A stretch of DNA of 64,000 bases, from NCBI GenBank assembly GCA_965116225.1, contig OZ220495.1, forward strand, positions 2,023,043-2,087,042. Reading direction: 5' to 3'. The DNA comes from Dehalococcoidia bacterium. Lineage in GTDB: Bacteria > Chloroflexota > Dehalococcoidia > Bin125. Position 1 is the first letter of the stretch, and every line of letters starts with the position of its first letter. Under the pieces are notes generated by a model that was given only the letters and a program-made list of their open reading frames with translations, was not told the DNA's origin and ran no database searches. Shown in pieces: positions 1 through 8,901 of the stretch. The position numbers and the translations under genes were made by a program.

Positions 1-40
1 TTGTGTTTAGCATCTCAGCGTCGTCAGCGCGTTGAGGCTA

Positions 41-583
41 TCAGCCCACGCCCTCCTGACGTAGCGGGCGTTGCCAGATGCCGACATCCCAGTATTGATC
101 GAATTTGCGGCCGCACTGCTTCCAGACGCCTGACAGGCTGTAGCCGACTCGCTCCGTCATCTCGATCGATGGTTCGTTCGGCAGCGTGATCAGGGCGAAC
201 ATCTGATGCAGCCCCTCGACCCCGAGCAGTTGTCCGTACAGCGCGTACCACAGCCGCGTGCCGACGCCGCGTCCCACTTCCCCCGGCAGCAGATAGACGC
301 TGGTCGCCACGCTGCTGTCGTAAGCAGCCTTAGGATACAGCGGGCTGGAGTAGGAGTGGCCGACGATTCGCCCGTCCGTTTCGACAGCGACCATCACGCG
401 GTGTGGCCCGGTGTCCGAGTACCTGGCGAACCACTCCCTTTTCGCCTCGACGGTGTGCGGTTGCGTGTCGAACGTCGCCGGTGAGGTGAGGATGTAGTGG
501 TTGTAAAGGTCGGCGAGCTGCGGGACGTCCTGATCGACGGCGGGGCGGATCGTGATCTGGTCGGCAGTGAAGCTGGCTGACAT
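41..583 (-). CDS. GNAT N-acetyltransferase (phosphinothricin acetyltransferase/YncA-like)
   Basis: Translation IRPAVDQDVPQLADLYNHYILTSPATFD...GRGVGTRL...ITLPNEPS...GRKFDQYWDV is typical of the Pat/YncA GNAT family; start chosen at ATG 583. Confidence 0.85.
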   Translation of the reverse strand: MSASFTADQITIRPAVDQDVPQLADLYNHYILTSPATFDTQPHTVEAKREWFARYSDTGPHRVMVAVETDGRIVGHSYSSPLYPKAAYDSSVATSVYLLPGEVGRGVGTRLWYALYGQLLGVEGLHQMFALITLPNEPSIEMTERVGYSLSGVWKQCGRKFDQYWDVGIWQRPLRQEGVG

Positions 584-688
584 AACTGCGGCTGCTTCTG
601 TGCTGGCACGCTGCGCGCGGGTACAGCGGAGCGGCGGACCGGAGGAGCCGCCGTTCAAGGTAATCGAGATACAGCAGCGTAGTTGGCG

Positions 689-1591
689 CTAGCCGAACAT
701 ACGGTTGCCTTCGAGCGCTGGCCGGAAGACGCGCTCCATCTCCTCGGCGGCTCGCTCGACGCTCCACATTTCGGTGCTACTGAGGTTGCGGATGATCTCG
801 TACTGGCTGTAGAGGCCAATGTCGTAACCCATCGCGGAGATAACCTGGCCGTTGAGCCAGTCGGACGCTTCGGAAGCCATGTAGACGATCGGCACCGCGA
901 CGTTCGCCGGCGAGCGTCGCGGATCTACGATCTGCTCTGAGTCGTCCATCGGTCGTCGGCGTCGTTCCTCGGGAACCGTATCGGTCATTCGGGTCGATGC
1001 GCCCGGGCCGATGGCGTTGGCGGTGACGCCGTAGCGGCTCAGCGCGTTGGCGCAACTGTAGGTGAAGCCGACGATGCCGAGTTTGGCCGCTGCGTAGTTG
1101 GGCTGACCAGGCGCACCGTGCAGCCCGGAGCCCGAGGTGAAGTTGATCAGCCGATAGTGACCCTCGCGGTTAGCGCGCCAGTAGATCGAGGCGAACTTGG
1201 TCGTGTTGAAGGTGCCCTTCATGTGCACCGCCACAACCGCGTCCCATTCCGCTTCGGTCATGTTGAAGACCATGCGGTCGCGCAGATTGCCTGCCACGTT
1301 GACCAGTACGTCGAGGCGACCATACTCGTCCAGCGCCTGTTGGATGATGCTCTCGGCTCCGTTGTAGTCGGCGACCGAGGTGTAGTTGGCGACGGCGCTG
1401 CCGCCGGCTTCGCGGATCGCGGCGACGGTGTCGTCGGCTGGCCCGGCCTCGCCGCCGCTGCCGTCGACAGCTCCGCCGAGGTCGTTGACCACGACGCTGG
1501 CGCCATTGGCGGCGAACAGCTTGGCCACCTCAGCGCCGATGCCGCGGCCTGCGCCGGTCACAATGGCGACGCGTTGATCGAGCATTCCCAT
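689..1591 (-). CDS. Short-chain dehydrogenase/reductase
   Basis: TGAGRGIG Rossmann motif, NYAAAK catalytic YxxxK, VVVNDLG. Confidence 0.92.
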   Translation of the reverse strand: MGMLDQRVAIVTGAGRGIGAEVAKLFAANGASVVVNDLGGAVDGSGGEAGPADDTVAAIREAGGSAVANYTSVADYNGAESIIQQALDEYGRLDVLVNVAGNLRDRMVFNMTEAEWDAVVAVHMKGTFNTTKFASIYWRANREGHYRLINFTSGSGLHGAPGQPNYAAAKLGIVGFTYSCANALSRYGVTANAIGPGASTRMTDTVPEERRRRPMDDSEQIVDPRRSPANVAVPIVYMASEASDWLNGQVISAMGYDIGLYSQYEIIRNLSSTEMWSVERAAEEMERVFRPALEGNRMFG

Positions 1592-1672
1592 CGTTCAGAT
1601 TCCTTTCGCGGAACGGCCGCCTGTCAGGTTTGCTCGTACAAGCGTGCCAACCGGACAGGTGAGCGTCTGCTG

Positions 1673-2578
1673 TTAGCCGTAGAAGCCGCCGCCCGATACG
1701 GCTGGCTTGAAGAGCTCCTCAATCTGCTGCGCCGCGCCCTCGACCGACCAGCGCTCGACGCCGCGCACCTGACGGATCACGGCCGGCTTGTTGAACAGCT
1801 GTAGCTCATAGCCCGATGCGCCCACAATCTGCCCGTTGAGCCAGTCGGACTGCTCGGAGGCCAGATACACCAACGGTACCGCCACGTTCGCAGGCGAGCG
1901 CTGCGGATCTTCTTCGCTTGAATCGCCGATATCGCTACCTGCGCGTCGTCGCTCCTCGGGCACGGTGTCGGTCATGCGGGTCGAGGCGCCGGGCGAGATC
2001 GCGTTGGCGGTGGCACCGTAGCGCCCTAGTGCGTTGGCGCAGCTGTAGGTGAAGCCAACGATACCCATTTTGGCGGCCGCGTAGTTGGGTTGACCAGGTG
2101 CGCCGAAGATGCCGGAGACCGAGGAGAAATTGATCAGTCGGTAATGCCCCTTGCGCTCCGAGCGCCAGTGGATCGAGGCGAACTTGGTCAGGTTGAAATG
2201 GCCCTTGAGGTGGACGGCGATGACCGCGTCCCATTCCGCCTCGGTCATGTTGAAGACCATGCGGTCGCGCAGGATGCCGGCCGTGTTAACGACGATGTCG
2301 AGGTCGCCGAAGTGGTCCAGGGCGTCCTTGACAATGCTCTCGGCTGCGTCGTAGTCGGCCACCGATGAATAGTTGGCGACGGCTTCTCCGCCGGCATCGC
2401 GGATCGCCGCGACGACCTCGTCGGCCGGCGCCGCCGCGGCACCGCTGCCGTCGACCGCGCCGCCAAGGTCGTTGACGACCACCTTGGCACCTTCGGACGC
2501 GAATAGCTTCGCCGTCTCCGCGCCGATTCCACGCCCCGCGCCGGTCACAATCGCGACGCGACCATCAAGCATTCCCAT
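1673..2578 (-). CDS. Short-chain dehydrogenase/reductase (paralog of 689-1591)
   Basis: TGAGRGIG and NYAAAK motifs; start MGMLDGRVAIV at 2578 mirrors the neighbour's MGMLDQRVAIV. Confidence 0.92.
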   Translation of the reverse strand: MGMLDGRVAIVTGAGRGIGAETAKLFASEGAKVVVNDLGGAVDGSGAAAAPADEVVAAIRDAGGEAVANYSSVADYDAAESIVKDALDHFGDLDIVVNTAGILRDRMVFNMTEAEWDAVIAVHLKGHFNLTKFASIHWRSERKGHYRLINFSSVSGIFGAPGQPNYAAAKMGIVGFTYSCANALGRYGATANAISPGASTRMTDTVPEERRRAGSDIGDSSEEDPQRSPANVAVPLVYLASEQSDWLNGQIVGASGYELQLFNKPAVIRQVRGVERWSVEGAAQQIEELFKPAVSGGGFYG

Positions 2579-2754
2579 GTCCGGTTGTCCTCTCTGCCCA
2601 CTCGCCTGCCCATGAGCCGAGCGGGAACCATGTCGCCATGTCACAGATACGCGTAGGCTACCACTGCGCGTCGCTAGGTTCCGACGGCGAACGTGCGGTT
2701 GCCGCTGCCGAGCCGGCTGCGCCCGATCGGGTCGCATCGACCTCGTATCAGTGC

Positions 2755-3114
2755 CTAGTGCCGTGGGCCGCGACGATTCGGGTCGGGAGGCGAATCCGAG
2801 AGTTCGCGCGATGTCGGCGTTTCGCTGACCACCGGCTCGTACAGGCCGAGTTGCGGCGGTCCCTGCAGCACGCCCGCCAGCGTGCCTTGCGCATGCCCCT
2901 TGCGGAACTCCTCCGACTGCGTCCAGGCATGGAACGCGGCGGCGTCCTCCCATGCCGAGTAGGAGATGTAGTCGCCCGGTTCGGTGCCGCGCAGAAGCAT
3001 AAACTGCAGAAAGCCGGGAATCGCCTTGAGGTGGCTCTCGCGCTCTTTCCAGATCTGCTCCCATTCCGCCTCACGCTCGATGTTGACACGGAAGCGGTTC
3101 ATAGCTAGGTACAT
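2755..3114 (-). CDS. Antibiotic biosynthesis monooxygenase (ABM) family, IsdG/heme-monooxygenase-like
   Basis: AMNRF...PGF...YSAWED...W.QSEEFRKGH pattern. Confidence 0.8.
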   Translation of the reverse strand: MYLAMNRFRVNIEREAEWEQIWKERESHLKAIPGFLQFMLLRGTEPGDYISYSAWEDAAAFHAWTQSEEFRKGHAQGTLAGVLQGPPQLGLYEPVVSETPTSRELSDSPPDPNRRGPRH

Positions 3115-3228
3115 GCTTCGCCTCGCTCTGCGTATTGGACATCTGCGCGTTCCACAGTAAGGGCTTGGAACGCGCAGCGCGATTCGATCGATTCAGGTGT
3201 ATCAGGTGTACGCTTAAAGTTGATGCGA

Positions 3229-3780
3229 CTGATGCGATGCCAGCGGATACTCCTACCGACTGCTCTGGCCGTGTTGCTTGCGGCGCTGTCGATTGGCCTC
3301 AGCGCCTGTCGCCCTCAGCTCGAAGACGACATCGAGCAGTTGGAAGTCGATCTGGCGCTGGTGGAGGAAGAGTCGCAACGCGCTCAGCTATTGGCCGCGC
3401 TCGAACCGCTGGATCCACTGCGCTATCACCACCTCGATCTGATCATTCGCGAGGAACAGCGCATTCCCACCGACGCGGTGATCTGGGCGACCCGAGCCCG
3501 CGAGACGCTCGACTGGGTCGCCTGGCCGGTCGAGCTGCGCGACCACGTTGCACAGTATGAAGAATGGCTGAATTCGCTGCTGCACGCGCTCCGCAACGAT
3601 GATCCCGCGGCGGCGGATGACCCGTCGCGGATCACCCACGCGCTGGCGCATACATTCGAGGTGACGCTTGAGGCGTGGTTGAGCAATGAGTCGCTGCCGG
3701 CCGTGCCGGAGCTGGCAGGGCTGGAGCCTCCCGCGCATGACAGTGCTCCTGGCGACGGTCATGACGAGCACGAGGAATAG
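3229..3780 (+). CDS. Hypothetical lipoprotein with His/acidic C-terminal tail
   Basis: Signal peptide with LSAC lipobox; helical body; ends HDSAPGDGHDEHEE. Confidence 0.7.
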   Translation: MMRCQRILLPTALAVLLAALSIGLSACRPQLEDDIEQLEVDLALVEEESQRAQLLAALEPLDPLRYHHLDLIIREEQRIPTDAVIWATRARETLDWVAWPVELRDHVAQYEEWLNSLLHALRNDDPAAADDPSRITHALAHTFEVTLEAWLSNESLPAVPELAGLEPPAHDSAPGDGHDEHEE

Positions 3781-4438
3781 GCGAAGCCTGTTTGCGCCCC
3801 TGTTGCTGGGTCTGACAGCCTGTTGGTTTTCCATGTGCGATGTCTCCGCGCACGCCGCCTACGAATCGTCCTCGCCGGCCTTCGCCGAAGTGCTTGTCGA
3901 GTCGCCCGCCGAAATCAGTATCCGCTTCACGCAGGAGCTGTTCCGACGCGCTGGCGCCAACGCGATCAGCGTGCAGCACATTGATTCCGAGAGCGATGTC
4001 GCCACCGGCGCCCCGATCATCGACAACCAGAATCGCCGAGTGATGACTGCGGTGTTGGAACAGCAGCTTGCTCCGGGTCGTTACCTCGTCTCGTGGATCA
4101 ATCTCTCGGCCGAGGATGGCGACGAAGATTCCGGGGCGTATCCCTTCTACATCGAACGAGCCGCGAGCGCCGACGAAATCGCCGACGATCGGCAGCTTGC
4201 CACAGACTTGCTGATCACGTACCCCAAGGACGAATCGGGTGAGTCGGGCGACGATTTCGACAGCGATTCCGATGGTGTTGCGGTCGCAACCAGACCGACA
4301 GTTCCCGCAGTCGTTCGCAGCGCAACCTCGACCGATGTCGCGCTCGGTGCCGGGCCGATTGTCTTTCTGGGCGTCGGTTTGGTCGCAGCGCTCGTGCTCA
4401 TTGGCGTGCTTGGATACAGACTGGGCTCGCGGCCTTGA
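3761..4438 (+). CDS. CopC-like protein with C-terminal membrane anchor
   Basis: Signal peptide then HAAYESSSPA...ISIRFTQEL...PGRYLVSW..LSAEDG; acidic linker; C-terminal hydrophobic helix. Confidence 0.75.
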   Translation: MTSTRNRRSLFAPLLLGLTACWFSMCDVSAHAAYESSSPAFAEVLVESPAEISIRFTQELFRRAGANAISVQHIDSESDVATGAPIIDNQNRRVMTAVLEQQLAPGRYLVSWINLSAEDGDEDSGAYPFYIERAASADEIADDRQLATDLLITYPKDESGESGDDFDSDSDGVAVATRPTVPAVVRSATSTDVALGAGPIVFLGVGLVAALVLIGVLGYRLGSRP

Positions 4439-5460
4439 GCGGCGTGAGCCGATCGATCGGCGCGGTTGTCGTCGCGCTACTCCCGCTGGCGCTGATCGCG
4501 TGCGGCGATGGTGCGGTGGACATGGAGCGCCGCATCCCGGTGCCGGGCACGTTCGTCTACACGTCAGCCACCGATCTATGGATACAGGACGACGCGGGCG
4601 CTCGACTGTTGATCGCCGCTGGGCAGGACCAGCAACTCTTGCAGCCGGCAATCTCGCCCGACGGCACGCAAGTCGCCTACGTCGTCTTTCAGCCGACGCA
4701 AGCCGCAGGGACGACGATCGGTGCCGACCTCGCCGTCGCCAGGCTCGATGATCCCGAGCCGCAGATCGTCTTCGGCCACGCCGAGCACGCCGAATTCGCC
4801 TGGAATCCGCGCTGGACGCCCGATGGCGCATCGCTCATCTTCACGCGGGAATCGGCTCAGTCGGCGACATCGAGGATCAGCGTGTCTCGGCTGCATCTCT
4901 CGACCGGGGTGGTTGAGGTCTTGCGCGACGATGCGCGCGACGCCGATATCTCGCCCGACGGCGACCGACTGGTGTTCGTCAGCGGGCCTTACAGCGGCGA
5001 TCCCCATCTCGTGGTGCAGTCGTTGTCGGACGGTGCTGAGACTGAACTGGATCCGGAGCGCTCTTGGCAACTTCGGCCATTCCGTATCCCTCGCTTCAGC
5101 ACCGACGTCCGCCGCGTGCTCTTTTCCGCCGGTCAAATTTTGCCGCAGGTCTCGGCCGTTGCGCTGAGCTTGAACGGTCCCGAAGATATCTGGAGCTACG
5201 ACCTGTCCAGCGCCGAACTCCAGCAGATCGCCGCCGTCGGCGAGGACCAGCCCGACTTCACCCTCTCCAACGACGGCCGTCACGTGCTCATCCTCGGCGC
5301 CTTCGGCGTATACCTAATATCGGCATCCGCATCCGAACTCGTCTACGCCATTGCCGCCGGCGAGATCCACGGTTGGATCGACTGGCGCGGCAACATCAGC
5401 GACGATGAGTGGGCCGCGATCCGGGCGTCGATCTTCGAGACGACGGGCGCGACGCCGTGA
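4435..5460 (+). CDS. TolB-like/PD40 beta-propeller lipoprotein
   Basis: LIAC lipobox; repeated PAISPDG, PRWTPDG, DISPDG, PRFSTD, LSNDG blades; TTG start overlaps the previous stop. Confidence 0.8.
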   Translation: MSGVSRSIGAVVVALLPLALIACGDGAVDMERRIPVPGTFVYTSATDLWIQDDAGARLLIAAGQDQQLLQPAISPDGTQVAYVVFQPTQAAGTTIGADLAVARLDDPEPQIVFGHAEHAEFAWNPRWTPDGASLIFTRESAQSATSRISVSRLHLSTGVVEVLRDDARDADISPDGDRLVFVSGPYSGDPHLVVQSLSDGAETELDPERSWQLRPFRIPRFSTDVRRVLFSAGQILPQVSAVALSLNGPEDIWSYDLSSAELQQIAAVGEDQPDFTLSNDGRHVLILGAFGVYLISASASELVYAIAAGEIHGWIDWRGNISDDEWAAIRASIFETTGATP

Positions 5461-7688
5461 CGCGCCTCGGTCTGATCGTCTGCTCGCTGATGGCGATGCT
5501 GGCGGCATTGCGCCTGACGGCGCCTGACGCGCACGCGCACGCGTTGCTCGCCCGCGCCGACCCGCCGATCAACGCCTCGCTGCGCGAATCGCCGACCACG
5601 ATCACGCTGTTCATGACCGAGCAGCTACAGCGCAGCCATAGCTCGGTGCAAGTGCTCGACAGCGGCGGCGGGCGGCGAGACATTGGCGAGACCGAGTTTT
5701 CCGACGCGGTCGCGACGCAAATGAGCGTCCGCGTATTGCGGCTCGATCCGGGCGTCTACACCGTTGTTTGGCGAACGCTCTCCGAAGTGGATGGCCATAC
5801 CTGGACCGGTTCGTACGTCTTCTCGGTGCTTAACCCCGATGGCTCAGCGCCAACGGGCGGCGGATTGGACGTCGATCTGGATCGTCCAGGTCCGCCGATC
5901 GCGGTCGACTCGGCCGTCAAAGCGATCGGGCTCGGCGCGCTCGTGCTCTTCGTGGGCGCGGTGTGTATCGCGTTGCTGTTGCGACCACTTCCCATACCGG
6001 CTCTGCTTCCATTCATGTCGCTAACGGTTGTGGTTGGACTCGCGGCGACCAGCTACGAGGCGGTCGCCGGCGCGCTGCGGCTGGGGAACATTGGGTTCCT
6101 GGGCGATGTGTTGTTCGAGACGCGTAACGGACTCTGGCTGCAGCAGCGTTGGTACGCGCTGATTGCGGCGGCGCTCATCCTCGGTCTGCTCTGTATTCAA
6201 GGGGCGAAACGCCGGCGAGATGTCGCCGAGTTGGAGCGGCGCGAGCATTCCGTCGTGCTCACGTTCCTCGCAATACTAGCGATCGTCTGGCTCGCTTCGT
6301 CATCGGCGATTTCGCATGGCGCGGCGATCGGCACAGGCTGGATCTGGGGCGCGCTATTCGATGCGTTGCATCTGGCGTCGGCGGCGATCTGGATCGGAGG
6401 GCTCGCCAGTCTGTTGCTGGTGCTCCGCGCACATTCCGATTATCGGATCGAATCTGTCCGCCGGTTCTCCGTTCTCGCGGCGATCATGGTGCCAGTTCTG
6501 ATTGCGGCGGGTCTGCTCTCGGCGTTGATTCAGATTCCCGACGTCGACGGCATCGTCGAGACCGACTGGGGCTTGGCGTTCATCGTCAAGCTCGCCCTGC
6601 TGGTGTTGTTGTTCGCGACAGCCGCCGCCAACGCTATGTTCCTTCGACCACGCGACGCAGCGGCCGACGGCACCGACCACGCGTTGGCGCGCCGCTTCTT
6701 ACGAATGATGCGCGTCGAGGTCGCGCTCGCGCTCGTCGTGTTCGTCGCCTCGGCGGTGCTCACACAGCTTCCGTCTCCGGCTAGTGCGCAGCCGGAGGTT
6801 GAGCAAAAGGACAACACCGTCACCGAGACCGTCGCCCGCGGCGATGTCGTCGCTGCGCTCGAAATCTCGCCCAACCTGGTCGGCTTCAACACCTGGACTG
6901 CGACCGTCGAAGCAGACGCGAACAACCCGGTCGAAGTGATGCTGTTGCGGTTCCGCTACCAGGATCGCGACGTGGGACCGGTCACCGTGTCGATGACGCG
7001 GGTCGCGGACGATCGGTTCCAACTCGAGGGTGCCTACTTCGGGCTACCTGGCGAGTGGACGGTGGAGATGGAGATCCGTCGTGCCTCGGGTGACGACCTG
7101 ATCACCGGCGTGCGCGCTCGGGTGGAGTCCGGCTACCAGGCATCGCCGTTCGCCGCCGACCGCGGTGGCGCGCTCGCCTTGCCGCTGACCCAGATGGACT
7201 GGAACGGCGTCGGCGCGCTCTGGGCTTTCCTGTTCGGCGGGCTGGTTTGGATCAATCGGCCGCACATTCGCAGCCAATGGGGTCCGCGCGGTGGCGATGC
7301 CGCCTTTGGCGGCGGCGTGCTCGGCCTGATTGCGGCCGTCGTTTTGCTGACCGGTCTACACGTCGAGCCCGGTCGAACCCTGGCCAATCCAGTTCAGCTA
7401 AGCCAGGAATCGGTCGAACGCGGGGCGTCCCTGTTCGCGCGCAACTGCGTCGCGTGTCACGGCGAGCAGGGCGCTGGCGATGGGCCGCTAGCGGACACGT
7501 TACCAGCGCCGCCGGCTAACTTCACCGTGCATGTCCCGTTCCATCCCGACGGCGTCCTGTTCGCCTGGATTAGCGACGGCATCCGCGGTACCGGAATGCC
7601 GGCCTGGTCGCCGCAGCTGTCCGATCAGGAACGCTGGGACCTGGTCAATTTCCTGCGTGCGACCTTCGATTTGTCAGCCGCGCGGTAG
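5457..7688 (+). CDS. CopC-CopD-(YtkA/FixH-like)-cytochrome c fusion
   Basis: HALLARADPP...LSEVDGH (CopC); multi-TM with SHG, HL..AAIWIGGL, RRFS and K.AL (CopD); Ig-like segment; CVACH heme motif and GTGMPAW axial Met. GTG start overlaps the upstream TGA. Confidence 0.85.
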   Translation: MTRLGLIVCSLMAMLAALRLTAPDAHAHALLARADPPINASLRESPTTITLFMTEQLQRSHSSVQVLDSGGGRRDIGETEFSDAVATQMSVRVLRLDPGVYTVVWRTLSEVDGHTWTGSYVFSVLNPDGSAPTGGGLDVDLDRPGPPIAVDSAVKAIGLGALVLFVGAVCIALLLRPLPIPALLPFMSLTVVVGLAATSYEAVAGALRLGNIGFLGDVLFETRNGLWLQQRWYALIAAALILGLLCIQGAKRRRDVAELERREHSVVLTFLAILAIVWLASSSAISHGAAIGTGWIWGALFDALHLASAAIWIGGLASLLLVLRAHSDYRIESVRRFSVLAAIMVPVLIAAGLLSALIQIPDVDGIVETDWGLAFIVKLALLVLLFATAAANAMFLRPRDAAADGTDHALARRFLRMMRVEVALALVVFVASAVLTQLPSPASAQPEVEQKDNTVTETVARGDVVAALEISPNLVGFNTWTATVEADANNPVEVMLLRFRYQDRDVGPVTVSMTRVADDRFQLEGAYFGLPGEWTVEMEIRRASGDDLITGVRARVESGYQASPFAADRGGALALPLTQMDWNGVGALWAFLFGGLVWINRPHIRSQWGPRGGDAAFGGGVLGLIAAVVLLTGLHVEPGRTLANPVQLSQESVERGASLFARNCVACHGEQGAGDGPLADTLPAPPANFTVHVPFHPDGVLFAWISDGIRGTGMPAWSPQLSDQERWDLVNFLRATFDLSAAR

Positions 7689-7800
7689 ATATCTGCAATT
7701 AGCCCTGTGAGCAATGTGCAATAGACGCGCGATTACTGGTATGCTGAATGCAATGGAGCAGATCAGCGCTGTGCGCCACGTGAATGGCAGGACGAACCAA

Positions 7801-8835
7801 ATGGTGACCGCGATTGAGAACCCGGGTCTCAACCTTGACTGGCTGAACCTGGAGACCGACGACGAGTTCGAGATTCCAGCAGGTCGCAAGGGCGTCACGC
7901 TGCAGTCGATCAATCAGCGTATGGCTGGTGTCGACGGAGTCGACGAAGCCAACTGGCGCTCGTTCGTGCCGCGCGGGATCGAGGCTGACCCGCGCTCTAA
8001 CGCCCACGCCCGTCAGTATCGCGACAAGGGCGATGTCTGGTCCGAATCGGCAATGCTGCTCTACGAAGAGGCGCTGCAGCGCCAGTGGTCATCGGCGCGC
8101 GATATTCCTTGGGACACGATCGGCGACCAGCCGGACGACATCGAAAAGGCGATGTGCACGTTGTGTACATTCCTGACCCAGGTCGAGTTCATCGCCGGCG
8201 ATGTGCCGGGGCGATTCCTTGAGTCGGTCCACCCTGACTTCTTCGAGTCGCAGCTTTTCCTTGGTACGCAGCTGATGGATGAGGCGCGGCATCTCGACGT
8301 CTTCCGTAAGCGTGTGCTGGTCAATGGCGGCGGCATGTCGCCGGCCGGCCTCGGTGCCGTCGGCCTGCTGGCGATCGACGATTTCACCGAGATGACCGCC
8401 ATCCTGCACCTGTTCGCAGAGGGTCTGGTGCAGTCGCTGTTCCGCATGGGCGAGCTGATCGGCCAGAACGAAGCCGAAAAGCGCATGTTTCGCCTCTCCG
8501 CTCAGGACGAGTCACGGCACCTCGCCTTCGGCGTGACGCACACCAAGTACACCGTTGAGACGCAGCCTTGGCGTAAGGAAGAGCTGCACCATTACCTCGA
8601 TATCAACGAGACCGTGCAGAATACGCAGGCTGGCCTGACCACCAACCCGATCACCGGCGAAGCGCTGGCCGTGCTCGCGGGCGGCGGCATCGAGTACCTC
8701 GACGAAGGCTACAACCTTGTCATGCTGATGCGTAAGAAGCAGATCAACGAGTACTATCACCGACTCCAGGTGGTCGGACTCGGCGACCGCCTTGATCGCA
8801 TGTCGCCGGACATGCGCGAGCTGATCACGGTCTAA
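7801..8835 (+). CDS. Ferritin-like diiron-carboxylate protein, intact ligand set
   Basis: E (TQVEF), DEARH, E (FAEG), DESRH. Start uncertain; ORF is open from 7714. Confidence 0.8.
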   Translation: MVTAIENPGLNLDWLNLETDDEFEIPAGRKGVTLQSINQRMAGVDGVDEANWRSFVPRGIEADPRSNAHARQYRDKGDVWSESAMLLYEEALQRQWSSARDIPWDTIGDQPDDIEKAMCTLCTFLTQVEFIAGDVPGRFLESVHPDFFESQLFLGTQLMDEARHLDVFRKRVLVNGGGMSPAGLGAVGLLAIDDFTEMTAILHLFAEGLVQSLFRMGELIGQNEAEKRMFRLSAQDESRHLAFGVTHTKYTVETQPWRKEELHHYLDINETVQNTQAGLTTNPITGEALAVLAGGGIEYLDEGYNLVMLMRKKQINEYYHRLQVVGLGDRLDRMSPDMRELITV

Positions 8836-8901
8836 GTGGCATTCGCGCTGCGCAGCGACGTAATCGCCTGAGTCCAACACCAGCTGAGAGAAGCGAGCCA
8901 C

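Noticed and set aside
2579-3064. Apparent 160-aa N-terminal extension of the second SDR
   Set aside because: Overlaps the ABM gene in another frame; the paralog defines the real start at 2578.
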